DNA of 64,000 nt, taken from Armatimonadota bacterium (lineage in GTDB: Bacteria > Armatimonadota > Fimbriimonadia > Fimbriimonadales > GBS-DC). Every line of letters starts with the position of its first letter. Position 1 is the stretch's first letter. Below, piece by piece: positions 44,784-53,408 of the stretch. Both the position numbers and the translations under genes were made by a program. The stretch covers positions 1 through 64,000 of the forward strand of contig JBBIJY010000007.1 of assembly GCA_037445735.1 (NCBI GenBank). The letters are read 5' to 3'. The notes beneath the pieces are model-generated. The model ran no database searches. It was not told where the DNA came from and was given only the letters and a program-made list of their open reading frames with translations.

Positions 44784-46504
44784 TTCTCAACCTGCTCCTT
44801 GCCCTCCTTGACAGCAGGCGGGATCTTCGGCAGGCGCACATAGAAGGTGGAGCCGACACCGACCTCGCTCTCCACCCAGATTTGCCCGCCATGAATCACC
44901 TCCACCAGGTGCTTCACCAGATACAGCCCCAGACCCGTGCCATACTGCTTGCGCGTGTCGCTGGTGTCCACCCGATGGAACTTCTCGAACACCTTCGTCA
45001 GGTGTTCCTTCGGGATGCCCATGCCCTGGTCGGACACATAGAAGATAATATGGTCGGGGTCTTCCTCCCAGGCTTTGACGCGAATCTCGCCCCCGTTCGG
45101 CGAGTATTTGATGGCGTTGCTGAGCAGGTTGGTGAGAATCTGGTCGAGCTTGTCTTCATCGGCAATAATGCGCGGCAGGTCGGGCGGCACATCATGCACG
45201 ATTACATGCTTGTTGGTGGCTGCCCGCTGGATGGTGACCACCTTCTGCGACAGTTTGTAGAAGTCGACCTCTTTGTAGACGGGCTTGAGCGATTCGCCCG
45301 CCTCGATTCGGGCGATATTCAGCAGGTCGTTGATGAGGCGGGTGAGGCGGTCGGTCTCCTGATCGATAATGGTGTAGAACTCGCGCCGCTCTTCGGGGGA
45401 GAAGGCGTCTTCGGGATCCATCAGCAGGGTGGAGATGAAGCCCTTGATGGCGGTCAGCGGCGTGCGCAGCTCGTGGGAGACGGTCGCCACAAATGCCGAC
45501 TTCATCCGCTCCAGATTGCGAATCTCGGTGATGTCATTAAAGATCATCACCGTGCCCATCGGCTTCTGGTCTTCGCCGCGCACGATGGCGTTCTGCACCT
45601 GATAGATATGCTCCTTGCCATCGAGCTGCACGGTGAGTTCGATCAGTTCGCCCTCCCGCTCTTCTTCGATAGCGGCGCGGATCATGCTGCGGATGGTCTC
45701 GTTCGGGATAATTTCCTGATAGGGCTTGCCCAGCACATCGGGACCCAGCCCGAAGATGAAGCGGGCAGCAGCGTTCATCTGGTTGATGCGCCCGTTCTGG
45801 TTGACCAGCAGCAGCCCTGCGCGCAGGCTCTCGATGGTGTGAACCAGTTCCTCCTTTTCTTCGAGGATTGCCTGATAGAGTCGCATGCCCGCGATGACGG
45901 CGGCGGCGTTGCGTGCCATGCGCTCCAGCAGGCGCACATCTTCATCGATGAAATGTCCGCCGCGCATCTTGTTAAAGGCGTGTAGCACGCCAATTGTCTG
46001 GCGGTCGATGACACGGTTCTCTTCGTCGCGTTTTTCTAAAATCAGGGGCACGCACACGAGGTTGCGGATGTGGAACAGGGCGACATTCTCCTTGAGCGTG
46101 CGCGGGTCGCTGATGGCGTCATGCACGATAATCGGCTTGCCTTCACGGAACACTTCGCCGGAGACGCCCTGCGTGGCGCGCACGCGCAGCAGGCGCAATT
46201 CGTCGTCGCTGATGCCGTAGGCAGGCGGGTAGGCGCGCAGCTCGCCCTCCTCTGGATCGTAGAGCATAAAGACGACCTTCTCGGCTTGCAGGATGGCGCC
46301 GATCTGGCGCACCAGTCGGCGCAGCGTTGCCTCGTAGTTGGCGGGGCTGGCGACCTCCGCGGCGACCACATCGGGCGCGGCGCCACGCCCGCCGTTCCTC
46401 AACTGGCTCTCCAGTTCGCGCAATCGCGCCTGTGCCTGTTCACACTCCGTTTTGAGCTGGTTATATTGCTGCAATAGCTCCCGATAGGCTTGCTCCCAGT
46501 TCAT
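44780..46504 (-). CDS. Cytoplasmic GAF-PAS sensor histidine kinase
   Basis: [31 protein letters not shown]; no TM; start ATG 46504. Confidence 0.95.
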   Translation of the reverse strand: MNWEQAYRELLQQYNQLKTECEQAQARLRELESQLRNGGRGAAPDVVAAEVASPANYEATLRRLVRQIGAILQAEKVVFMLYDPEEGELRAYPPAYGISDDELRLLRVRATQGVSGEVFREGKPIIVHDAISDPRTLKENVALFHIRNLVCVPLILEKRDEENRVIDRQTIGVLHAFNKMRGGHFIDEDVRLLERMARNAAAVIAGMRLYQAILEEKEELVHTIESLRAGLLLVNQNGRINQMNAAARFIFGLGPDVLGKPYQEIIPNETIRSMIRAAIEEEREGELIELTVQLDGKEHIYQVQNAIVRGEDQKPMGTVMIFNDITEIRNLERMKSAFVATVSHELRTPLTAIKGFISTLLMDPEDAFSPEERREFYTIIDQETDRLTRLINDLLNIARIEAGESLKPVYKEVDFYKLSQKVVTIQRAATNKHVIVHDVPPDLPRIIADEDKLDQILTNLLSNAIKYSPNGGEIRVKAWEEDPDHIIFYVSDQGMGIPKEHLTKVFEKFHRVDTSDTRKQYGTGLGLYLVKHLVEVIHGGQIWVESEVGVGSTFYVRLPKIPPAVKEGKEQVEK

Positions 46505-46601
46505 CGTTCGCCTCACTGTCGTTGGTCTGGAATGACTCACTCGGACACGGCTCTATTATAGCCCATTCAGGCGGGGTAATCGAACCCGCTGATGTGTCGA
46601 T

Positions 46602-47402
46602 TTAGACGGAGCTGGGGGGTGGCGTGTTCCCCCGCTGATCGGTGAGAAAGAGCGGACGGATGAGTTCGATGGGGATGGGGAACACGACGGTGGAGTTGCG
46701 TTCGCTGGCGATTTCGACAAGCGTCTGCAGGTAGCGCAGCTGGAGCGCAGCGGGCTGCTGGGCAATCCGCTCAGCTGCCTGCACCAGCCGCTCCGCCGCC
46801 TGATACTCACCCTCGGCGGCAATCACCTTCGCGCGGCGCTCGCGCTCGCTCTCCGCCTGCTTCGCCAGCGCCCGCTTCATCTCCTCCGGCAGAGTCACAT
46901 CGCGCACCTCCACGCTGGTGACCTTCACCCCGAACGCCTCCGTCTGCTCATCGATGATGCTCTGCAGCTGCTGATTGATTTTATCGCGCCGCGCCAGCAG
47001 GTCATCCAGCTCCGCCTGACCAATCACGCTGCGCAGGGTGGTCTGCGCAATCAGACTGGAAGTCTGGATATAATCGGTGATCTGCACCACCGCGTCTTTG
47101 GGGTTGACCACCTTGAAAAGCACCACCGCATCCACCGTGACCGACACATTATCTTTGGTCACGGCTTCCTGGCGCGGCACATTCATCGTGACGATGCGCG
47201 TGTCGACGATGCGGGCAACATCGATAATCGGGATGAGAAAGATCAGCCCGGGCCCTTTGACCGCCTGAAAGCGTCCCAGTCGCAGCACCACCGCGCGCTC
47301 CCACTCGGGCAGCACGCGCAGCGATGCCCGCAACAGCACAATCAAGAAGATGATGATCGCTACAATCACCGTCGCTGTCTGATTTTCCAGCAATCGTTCC
47401 AT
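46602..47402 (-). CDS. SPFH/band-7 (stomatin-like) protein
   Basis: ERAVVLRLGR, TKDNV.V.VDAV, AQTTLRSVIG, QLRYLQTL. Confidence 0.96.
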   Translation of the reverse strand: MERLLENQTATVIVAIIIFLIVLLRASLRVLPEWERAVVLRLGRFQAVKGPGLIFLIPIIDVARIVDTRIVTMNVPRQEAVTKDNVSVTVDAVVLFKVVNPKDAVVQITDYIQTSSLIAQTTLRSVIGQAELDDLLARRDKINQQLQSIIDEQTEAFGVKVTSVEVRDVTLPEEMKRALAKQAESERERRAKVIAAEGEYQAAERLVQAAERIAQQPAALQLRYLQTLVEIASERNSTVVFPIPIELIRPLFLTDQRGNTPPPSSV

Positions 47403-47518
47403 CGGTCCCTCTCCTGTCCCCGCACCACAGGGACGGTAGACAGTATACCCCCTGCAGGAACTCTTCGTGCGAGGGGGTATACTCTATCGGTTTCAACACT
47501 CGGAGGAGGTTCTGAACG

Positions 47519-48040
47519 ATGGCGGAATTGCTGGCGGCGCAGCTGGTGCGCGATATACCGAACTTTCCGGAGCCGGGCATCATCTTCAAGGACATCACGC
47601 CCGTGCTGAAGCATCCACAGGCGTTGCGGGAGGTGATTGATCTGATGACCGAGCATGCCCGCTCGCTGAAGCCCGATGTGGTGGCGGGCATCGAGTCGCG
47701 CGGCTTCGTGTTCGGGCTGCCGATAGCGGTCAATCTGGGACTGGGTTTTGTGCCTATCCGCAAGCTGGGCAAGTTGCCGGGCGAGAAAATCTCCGAAGAA
47801 TATGCGCTGGAGTATGGCACGAACACTGTCGAGATTCATGTGGATGCGATCGAGCCGGGTCAGCGCGTGGTGGTGGTGGATGACCTGCTGGCGACGGGCG
47901 GCACAGCAGCGGCATCGGCACGGCTCATTGAACGGCTTCAGGGCACTGTCGCGGGCTTCGTGTTCCTGATCGAACTCACCTTTCTTGGCGGGCGCAAGAA
48001 CCTGCGCGGCTACGATGTGCGCACGCTGATCCAGTATTGA
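47519..48040 (+). CDS. apt: Adenine phosphoribosyltransferase
   Basis: FPEPGIIFKDIT, ESRGF, YALEYG, VDDLLATGGT. Confidence 0.98.
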   Translation: MAELLAAQLVRDIPNFPEPGIIFKDITPVLKHPQALREVIDLMTEHARSLKPDVVAGIESRGFVFGLPIAVNLGLGFVPIRKLGKLPGEKISEEYALEYGTNTVEIHVDAIEPGQRVVVVDDLLATGGTAAASARLIERLQGTVAGFVFLIELTFLGGRKNLRGYDVRTLIQY

Positions 48041-48043
48041 GCC

Positions 48044-49090
48044 ATGACCATTCGGGAGCGTCTGGAGCAACTGGAGCGCGAGCTGCTGGCGCCGTACGCT
48101 GCCCGAAGCGCCGAATCGCGCGGGCGCCCCGTCCCGGAGCCGCCCGACCCCGTGCGCACCGCCTTCCAGCGCGACCGCGACCGCATCATCCATTGCAAAG
48201 CCTTCCGACGCCTCAAGCACAAAACACAGGTGTTTTTGGACCCTGAAGAGGACCACTACCGCACACGCCTGACCCACACGCTGGAAGTGGCACAAATCGC
48301 CCGCACCATCAGTCGCGCCCTGCGCCTGAACGAGGACCTCACCGAAGCCATCGCGCTGGCGCACGACCTGGGACACCCGCCCTTCGGACATACGGGCGAG
48401 GAAGCGCTCGACGAAATCGTGCGCCGCTACCTGCCCGAGCGCCGATTCCGCCACTACGAGCAGAGCCTGCGCGTGGTCGATGTGCTGGAAAAAGAGGGGC
48501 AGGGTCTGAACCTCACCCACGAGGTGCGCGAGGGCATCGTGGGACACTCCAAAGGGCGGGCGGATCTGAGCCACGCCGAAAGCGAGAAGACCACCACCCT
48601 CGAAGCGACCGTCGTGCGCATCGCCGACCGAATCGCTTACCTCAATCACGATCTGGACGACGGCATGCGCGCTGGACTGCTCACACCCGACGACCTGCCG
48701 CGCGACTTAATCGACTTTCTGGGTCAGACGCACAGTCAACGCATCGCCCGCATGGTGATGGATGTGGTCGAACAGAGCGACGGCAAGCCGGTTGTCCAGC
48801 TCAGCGCCGCCATGCTGGAGGCGATGAACCGCATGAAGGAGTTCATGTTTGAGAACCTCTATCACCATCCGCGCGTGACGGCTGAGCGGGAGAAGATGCG
48901 CACCATGATTCAGCAGCTATTCACCTACTATCTGGATCATCCCGACGCTCTGCCCGCCAACTTCCGCCCCGCCGAGCCGACGCTCGAAGCGCTGGTGCAG
49001 GCGGTGTGCGACTACATCGCCGGCATGACCGATCGCTACGCCATCCAGCGCTACATCCAGCTCTTCCTGCCCCGCAACTGGGGTGGATAG
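48044..49090 (+). CDS. dgt: Deoxyguanosinetriphosphate triphosphohydrolase (HD family)
   Basis: FQRDRDRI, RTRLTHTLEV, HDLGHPPFGH, DYIAGMTD. Confidence 0.95.
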   Translation: MTIRERLEQLERELLAPYAARSAESRGRPVPEPPDPVRTAFQRDRDRIIHCKAFRRLKHKTQVFLDPEEDHYRTRLTHTLEVAQIARTISRALRLNEDLTEAIALAHDLGHPPFGHTGEEALDEIVRRYLPERRFRHYEQSLRVVDVLEKEGQGLNLTHEVREGIVGHSKGRADLSHAESEKTTTLEATVVRIADRIAYLNHDLDDGMRAGLLTPDDLPRDLIDFLGQTHSQRIARMVMDVVEQSDGKPVVQLSAAMLEAMNRMKEFMFENLYHHPRVTAEREKMRTMIQQLFTYYLDHPDALPANFRPAEPTLEALVQAVCDYIAGMTDRYAIQRYIQLFLPRNWGG

Positions 49091-49108
49091 GGGGTACCTT
49101 CTATCACG

Positions 49109-49891
49109 ATGAGAGGCTCCAGCAAACCCCAAAAGTGGGCGGAACTTATTGAGGCAATTATGCAGGCGAATGATGGCGTTGCCTCGCTGGAGCAACTTTA
49201 TCAACAGGCTCCGCGCTATCGCCGTTCAATACCCGCAGGCGACTGGCAAAAGACGCTGCGGGGTGTGCTGTATCGCGAGGTGCGGCGTGGGCGGTTCGTG
49301 AAGGTCGGTCTGGGAGTCTACGCGCTGCCCGACCACGCCATCGATGACAGCACTGCCTACGCCCACGCGCTCAAAGGCAGAAGCGCCGATGCCTATCTGA
49401 GCCAGATTAGGAATAAGGATATCCACAGCGCGATGGAGGGCATGCTCATCGAAATCGGCAACTACCTGGAGTATCAGACCTACACGAGCGACCGCAATCG
49501 CTCTTTTGATGGCAAACGGTTAGGTGATCTGTGCCATCTCCAGGAGGTTCCGCCGTTCACCTATCCAGAACTGCAGCAAAAGGCGGCACGCTGCGATGTC
49601 ATCTGGTTCGGTCGCGGGCAGAGACCCTTTCCCAAGTTCATTTATGAGGTGGAAGCCACTACCAGCTTTGTCAACTCGATGCATAAGATGTATCAGCTGA
49701 GGGACATCGACACGCGCTTTGTGCTGGTTGCACCGGAAAGCAGGCGTGCCCAGTTTGAGCAGCGCCTGCAGGATGAGCCTTTTGCCGAAGTGCGCCATCG
49801 ATATGCCTTTCGCTCCTTTGAGCAGGTAGCACGGTTTTACTTCAACTGCGTGGAGCATTATGAGCTGCGCTGGCGCTTTCTGACCGAGTAG
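49109..49891 (+). CDS. Winged-helix + PD-(D/E)XK-like putative endonuclease
   Basis: N-terminal wHTH (WQKTLRGVLY...GVYAL); C-terminal CDVIWF...IYEVEATT. Confidence 0.7.
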   Translation: MRGSSKPQKWAELIEAIMQANDGVASLEQLYQQAPRYRRSIPAGDWQKTLRGVLYREVRRGRFVKVGLGVYALPDHAIDDSTAYAHALKGRSADAYLSQIRNKDIHSAMEGMLIEIGNYLEYQTYTSDRNRSFDGKRLGDLCHLQEVPPFTYPELQQKAARCDVIWFGRGQRPFPKFIYEVEATTSFVNSMHKMYQLRDIDTRFVLVAPESRRAQFEQRLQDEPFAEVRHRYAFRSFEQVARFYFNCVEHYELRWRFLTE

Positions 49892-49989
49892 CGGCGCTCT
49901 GGCAATCTGGGCTTGATGCCGATAATCGTTGCAAGGAGCGGTGAAACCTTCGGCGGCTCGAAGGGGTACTCTTTAATGGGGGCGTTAAT

Positions 49990-51162
49990 ATGCAAGAGCG
50001 CACACAGGGCTTCTGGCTGTCGACCGACTCGTGGGATTTGCACCGTCGCGCCGAGAAGGATCGGCTGCGCCATAACGAGAAGGTCAAAGAGGTCATCCGC
50101 GAGAATCTGGGCGAGATCATTGCCCAGCAGGACATCATCACGGCGGAAGACGGCAAAATCATCAAAATCCCGATTCGGGGGCTGGAGCTGCCCCACATTC
50201 GGTTCGACCCGCACGGCAAGAAGGGCGTCGGGCAGGGTCAGGGCGGCAGTCAGCCTGGCGATGTGATCGGGCGGTCAGGTCAGCCCGGGCAGGGCGCAGG
50301 CAAGCAGGCGGGCACGGAACCAGGTGTCGACTTCTACGAAGCCGAGTTCACCATCGAAGAGCTGGTGCAGCTGGTGTTCGAAGACCTGCACCTGCCCAAC
50401 CTGCGCGAGAAGGGCACCAAAGATATTCTGGCGGATCAGGTGCGGTTCGATACCATTGCGCGGCGCGGTCCCGCTGCCAATCTCGACCGCAAGCGCACGC
50501 TGATTGAAGCCTGGAAACGCAACGCGCGCGAAGGACGCCCCGGCTGGGAGATCCGTGAGGAAGATAAACGCTTCAAAAGCTGGGAGATTGTGCCTGAAAA
50601 GCAGCGCAACGCGGTGGTGATCGCCATGCGCGATGTGTCGGGCAGTATGGGCGAGTTCGAAGCCTACATCGCCCGCAGCTTCTACTACTGGATGGTACGC
50701 TTCCTGCGTACCAAGTACACCGCCACCGAAATTGTGTTCATCACCTGCCACACGGAGGCAACAGAGGTGGACGAACACGCCTTCTTCGCAGCGGGCGATT
50801 CGGGTGGCACGCGCCTCTCTGCCGCCTACAAACTCGCGCTCGACATCATCGAAAAGCGCTACAACCCGCGCGAGTGGAACATCTACCCCTTTATGTTCTC
50901 TGACGGCTACAACTGGGGCGACCACGAGGTGGTGGAGTATATGCGCCGCCTGGTGGAGTACTCGAATCTTGTCGGCTACGGCGAGATTGCCAACGACCTG
51001 TGGGGTCAGTCGGGCGGGCTGGCACCGCTGGGACAGTCGCTCACCGAAGCGTTTGGCGACGACCCGCGCGTGGTCATCGTCAAAATCACCTCTAAAGAGG
51101 ATGTGTGGCCTGCGCTCAAACGCTTCTTCAGCAAGCACCCGGAGGTGGAAGCGTTGCAGTAG
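49990..51162 (+). CDS. YhbH/YeaH (DUF444) vWA-like protein
   Basis: DRLRH..KVKE, LPNLREK, MRDVSGSM, YPFMFSDGYNW. Confidence 0.93.
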   Translation: MQERTQGFWLSTDSWDLHRRAEKDRLRHNEKVKEVIRENLGEIIAQQDIITAEDGKIIKIPIRGLELPHIRFDPHGKKGVGQGQGGSQPGDVIGRSGQPGQGAGKQAGTEPGVDFYEAEFTIEELVQLVFEDLHLPNLREKGTKDILADQVRFDTIARRGPAANLDRKRTLIEAWKRNAREGRPGWEIREEDKRFKSWEIVPEKQRNAVVIAMRDVSGSMGEFEAYIARSFYYWMVRFLRTKYTATEIVFITCHTEATEVDEHAFFAAGDSGGTRLSAAYKLALDIIEKRYNPREWNIYPFMFSDGYNWGDHEVVEYMRRLVEYSNLVGYGEIANDLWGQSGGLAPLGQSLTEAFGDDPRVVIVKITSKEDVWPALKRFFSKHPEVEALQ

Positions 51163-51228
51163 GCGCAGGCAACGGCGTTCACCTCTTGACAAAAGGGTAT
51201 CGGCAGTAGGGTATACTATTAGCGTCGC

Positions 51229-51304
51229 GCGCCCGTAGCTCAGAGGATAGAGCGCAAGGTTGCGGACCTTGAGGACGGGGGTTCGAGTCCCTCCGGGCGC
51301 GCCA
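51229..51304 (+). tRNA. tRNA-Arg (anticodon GCG)
   Basis: Cloverleaf GCGCCCG/CGGGCGC, anticodon arm CAAGG-TTGCGGA-CCTTG, TTCGA loop, encoded CCA. Confidence 0.95.
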
Positions 51305-51311
51305 GCCGTGC

Positions 51312-51387
51312 GCCCTCGTAGCTCAGTGGATAGAGCGCCTCCGTCCTAAGGAGGGCGTCGGGGGTTCGAATCCCTCCGAGGGCGCCA
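51312..51387 (+). tRNA. tRNA-Arg (anticodon CCT)
   Basis: GCCCTCG/CGAGGGC acceptor, CCTCC-GTCCTAA-GGAGG anticodon arm, CCA. Confidence 0.95.
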
Positions 51388-51402
51388 GAACCCACCTCAT
51401 AG

Positions 51403-51495
51403 GGAGAGGTGCCGGAGCGGTTGAACGGGCCCGACTCGAAATCGGGAATCCTCCCACAAGGGGGATCGTGGGTTCGAATCCCACCCTCTCCGCCA
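51403..51495 (+). tRNA. tRNA-Ser (anticodon CGA)
   Basis: GGAGAGG/CCTCTCC, CCCGA-CTCGAAA-TCGGG, long variable arm, GCCA end. Confidence 0.96.
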
Positions 51496-52092
51496 TCAAA
51501 CAGGCTCCTGAACCGCAAATATCTGAGCGGGCGCCAACGCCAGATTGGAGAATATACGCGAGGGGATTGCCTCATCCCCTTTGACGGGCTTTTGCCAGTC
51601 CCAGCCCTGTTCACCCCGAAGCAGAACCATTACCTGCGGTGGATTCAGCATCACCAGCCAGGCTTCGCGAACCCCGATGCGGTAATGGTCGTCCAGCTTC
51701 TCCATCAGGTAGGCGAAGGCCTCGTTCGGTGCGACCACCTCCACCACCAGATCAGGTGGAACCTCCAGCCGATTGGTGGCGAGCAGGCTCTCTGGCGTTC
51801 CCAGCCGCTCCCAGCTCACAAATAACAGATCTGGCTGACGGATTTTGAGCGGTTCTGTTTGAATCACCACATCAAAAGGCGCTATGAGGGCAACTCCGAG
51901 TTGGGTGAGATGCTCCACTTTCTCAAACAGCAGGCGATAGAGCCTGCCCAGCACCAGCTGATACTCCGCCGTCGGACCTGGAAACGCGATCACCTCGCCC
52001 TCAACGATTTCCTGGCGCTGCATCGATTCGGGCAGCTGCCGATACTGCTCCCATGTTAGCCGCTGTTTATCGAGTGGCTTTGCAACCGCCAT
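51496..52092 (-). CDS. Uma2 (DUF820) family protein
   Basis: EIVEGEV, RQPDLLFV, PPDLVVEVVAP, YRIGVREAWLV. Confidence 0.9.
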   Translation of the reverse strand: MAVAKPLDKQRLTWEQYRQLPESMQRQEIVEGEVIAFPGPTAEYQLVLGRLYRLLFEKVEHLTQLGVALIAPFDVVIQTEPLKIRQPDLLFVSWERLGTPESLLATNRLEVPPDLVVEVVAPNEAFAYLMEKLDDHYRIGVREAWLVMLNPPQVMVLLRGEQGWDWQKPVKGDEAIPSRIFSNLALAPAQIFAVQEPV

Positions 52093-52168
52093 ACCGATCG
52101 CCTCTCAACAAAGGATAGCATACTGGCTTGCTACTGCCAGCGTCAGGTATCTTTTAGAGAGCCGAGCG

Positions 52169-52990
52169 ATGCAATGGACTGATACACATTGCCATCTCAA
52201 TCACGAGCAGCTGTTTTCGGAGTGGGAGGCGGTTCTTTTTCGTGCGCAGCAGTTGGGCGTGGCGCGACTGATCGTGATTGGTTACGACCTGCCCAGCAGT
52301 GAGCGCGCCGTCCAGCTTGCCGGGCGGTCGCCCGCGCTGTGGGCAGCGGTCGGCATCCATCCGCACGACGCGCCTGCCTGCACGCCCGACGCCCTCGAAC
52401 GGCTGCGCGCGCTGAGTCAGCACCCGCGCGTGGTCGCAATCGGGGAAATCGGGCTCGATTTTTACCGTGATTGGTCGCCCCGCGAGGCACAATACGAGGC
52501 GCTTCACGCGCAACTGACGCTGGCGCAGGAGCACGGGCTGCCCGTGATCATTCACTGCCGTGAGGCGTATGACCCGCTGCTGCAGGTGCTGTCGGAATAT
52601 CCGCCGGTGCGCGGCGTGTTGCACTGCTTTTCGGGCACGGCGGCGCATGCCGAACGCGCGCTAACGATGGGCTACTATCTGGGTATCGGCGGCGTGATCA
52701 CCTTCAAAAACGCCGAGTCGCTGCGAGCGATTGCGCGCTCCATGCCGCGCGACCGCCTGCTGTTAGAAACCGATGCGCCCTATCTGGCGCCCCATCCCTA
52801 TCGGGGCAAGCGCAACGAACCCGCCTACCTGCCCCTGATTGCCCACCGTGTCGCGGAACTCTGGAGCATGCCGCTGGACGAGTTGTCGACGCAGACCGAG
52901 GCGAATGTGGACGCCTTTCTCTCAAAAACCCCCCTGAAAATTTCGGGGCAACCTGCCGATAATCGAGAGTGGCGACAGGGTACAGGTTGA
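52169..52990 (+). CDS. tatD: TatD family hydrolase
   Basis: DTHCHL, GIHPH, IGEIGLD, IHCREA, HCFSG, ETDAPYL. Confidence 0.97.
   Translation: MQWTDTHCHLNHEQLFSEWEAVLFRAQQLGVARLIVIGYDLPSSERAVQLAGRSPALWAAVGIHPHDAPACTPDALERLRALSQHPRVVAIGEIGLDFYRDWSPREAQYEALHAQLTLAQEHGLPVIIHCREAYDPLLQVLSEYPPVRGVLHCFSGTAAHAERALTMGYYLGIGGVITFKNAESLRAIARSMPRDRLLLETDAPYLAPHPYRGKRNEPAYLPLIAHRVAELWSMPLDELSTQTEANVDAFLSKTPLKISGQPADNREWRQGTG
52936..52962 (+). promoter_or_regulatory. Sigma28 (FliA/WhiG)-type promoter GAAAATTT-N11-GCCGATAA
   Basis: Perfect GCCGATAA -10 and 6/8 match to TAAAGTTT with canonical 11-nt spacing. Confidence 0.6.
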
Positions 52991-53074
52991 CCAGAGAACC
53001 TCCTGCTAAACTTGGTCGCACCTCCCCTACCCCGGAGAGAGGCGGGCTCCTCCCCACCCGCCTCTCACTTTTTT
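52970..53074 (+). ncRNA. Candidate sRNA with anti-SD (CCUCC) loops; 5' end approximate
   Basis: Lies between the sigma28-type promoter and an intrinsic terminator; hairpin loops AACCTCCT and CTCCTCCCC. Confidence 0.5.
53037..53074 (+). terminator. Intrinsic terminator
   Basis: GAGAGGCGGG-loop-CCCGCCTCTC then acTTTTTT. Confidence 0.85.
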
Positions 53075-53076
53075 AT

Positions 53077-53112
53077 AAAAAGCCCCCTGCGGAAAAGCGT
53101 CCCGCAGGGGGT
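53077..53112 (-). terminator. Intrinsic terminator for a minus-strand transcript
   Basis: ACCCCCTGCGG-loop-CCGCAGGGGGC then TTTTT on the minus strand; no minus-strand CDS nearby needs it. Confidence 0.85.
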
Positions 53113-53243
53113 GTGTGGCGGTGGCGCTGGACGGTGCTGATGAGAGCCGTTTCAACTACTCCGCCACCGCGGTTGCCACTCGCCATCTCGGGGCTTGACC
53201 CCGCTGCTGAGGGTATCGTGCCACTTTCGCCCGCCCGGCACTT
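53077..53243 (-). ncRNA. 6S-like RNA candidate, apparently circularly permuted; 5' end approximate
   Basis: Contains GGCACGATACCCTCAGCAGCGGGGTCAAGCCCCGAGATGGCGAGTGG, which I recall as resembling the 3' segment of cyanobacterial 6S RNA; folds to a rod with a central bubble; own terminator. Confidence 0.6.
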
Positions 53244-53317
53244 CTATACTCTTACGGGGATTGGCAAAAAACCGTATTCTTTGGGGGCAGGCGCGGAGCG
53301 GGTATAATCGGAACCGA

Positions 53318-53391
53318 TGCCGGGTCGTCTAAGGGCAGGACGCGGGACTTTGGATCCCGTAGTGGTGGTTCGAATCCACCCCCGGCAGCCA
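53318..53391 (+). tRNA. tRNA-Gln (anticodon TTG)
   Basis: TGCCGGG/CCCGGCA, CGGGA-CTTTGGA-TCCCG, TTCGAAT, CCA; TATAAT at 53303. Confidence 0.95.
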
Positions 53392-53408
53392 GTGTGTGAG
53401 GTGTCAGC

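Noticed and set aside
47442-47483. Inverted repeat GTATACCCCC...GGGGGTATAC as an operator or hairpin
   Set aside because: Better explained as two back-to-back -10 elements for the divergent SPFH and apt genes.
48044-49090. dGTPase as an anti-phage defence gene
   Set aside because: Short housekeeping type, coupled to apt, with host-like codon usage.
51186-51217. TTGACA...TATACT promoter of the tRNA cluster
   Set aside because: The spacer is 20 nt, so the -35 pairing is doubtful; only the GG-TATACT -10 is credible.
53169-53184. T-box-like GAGTGGCAACCGCG on the minus strand
   Set aside because: Spacing deviates from the T-box consensus, there is no stem I/specifier, and no minus-strand gene lies downstream to regulate.
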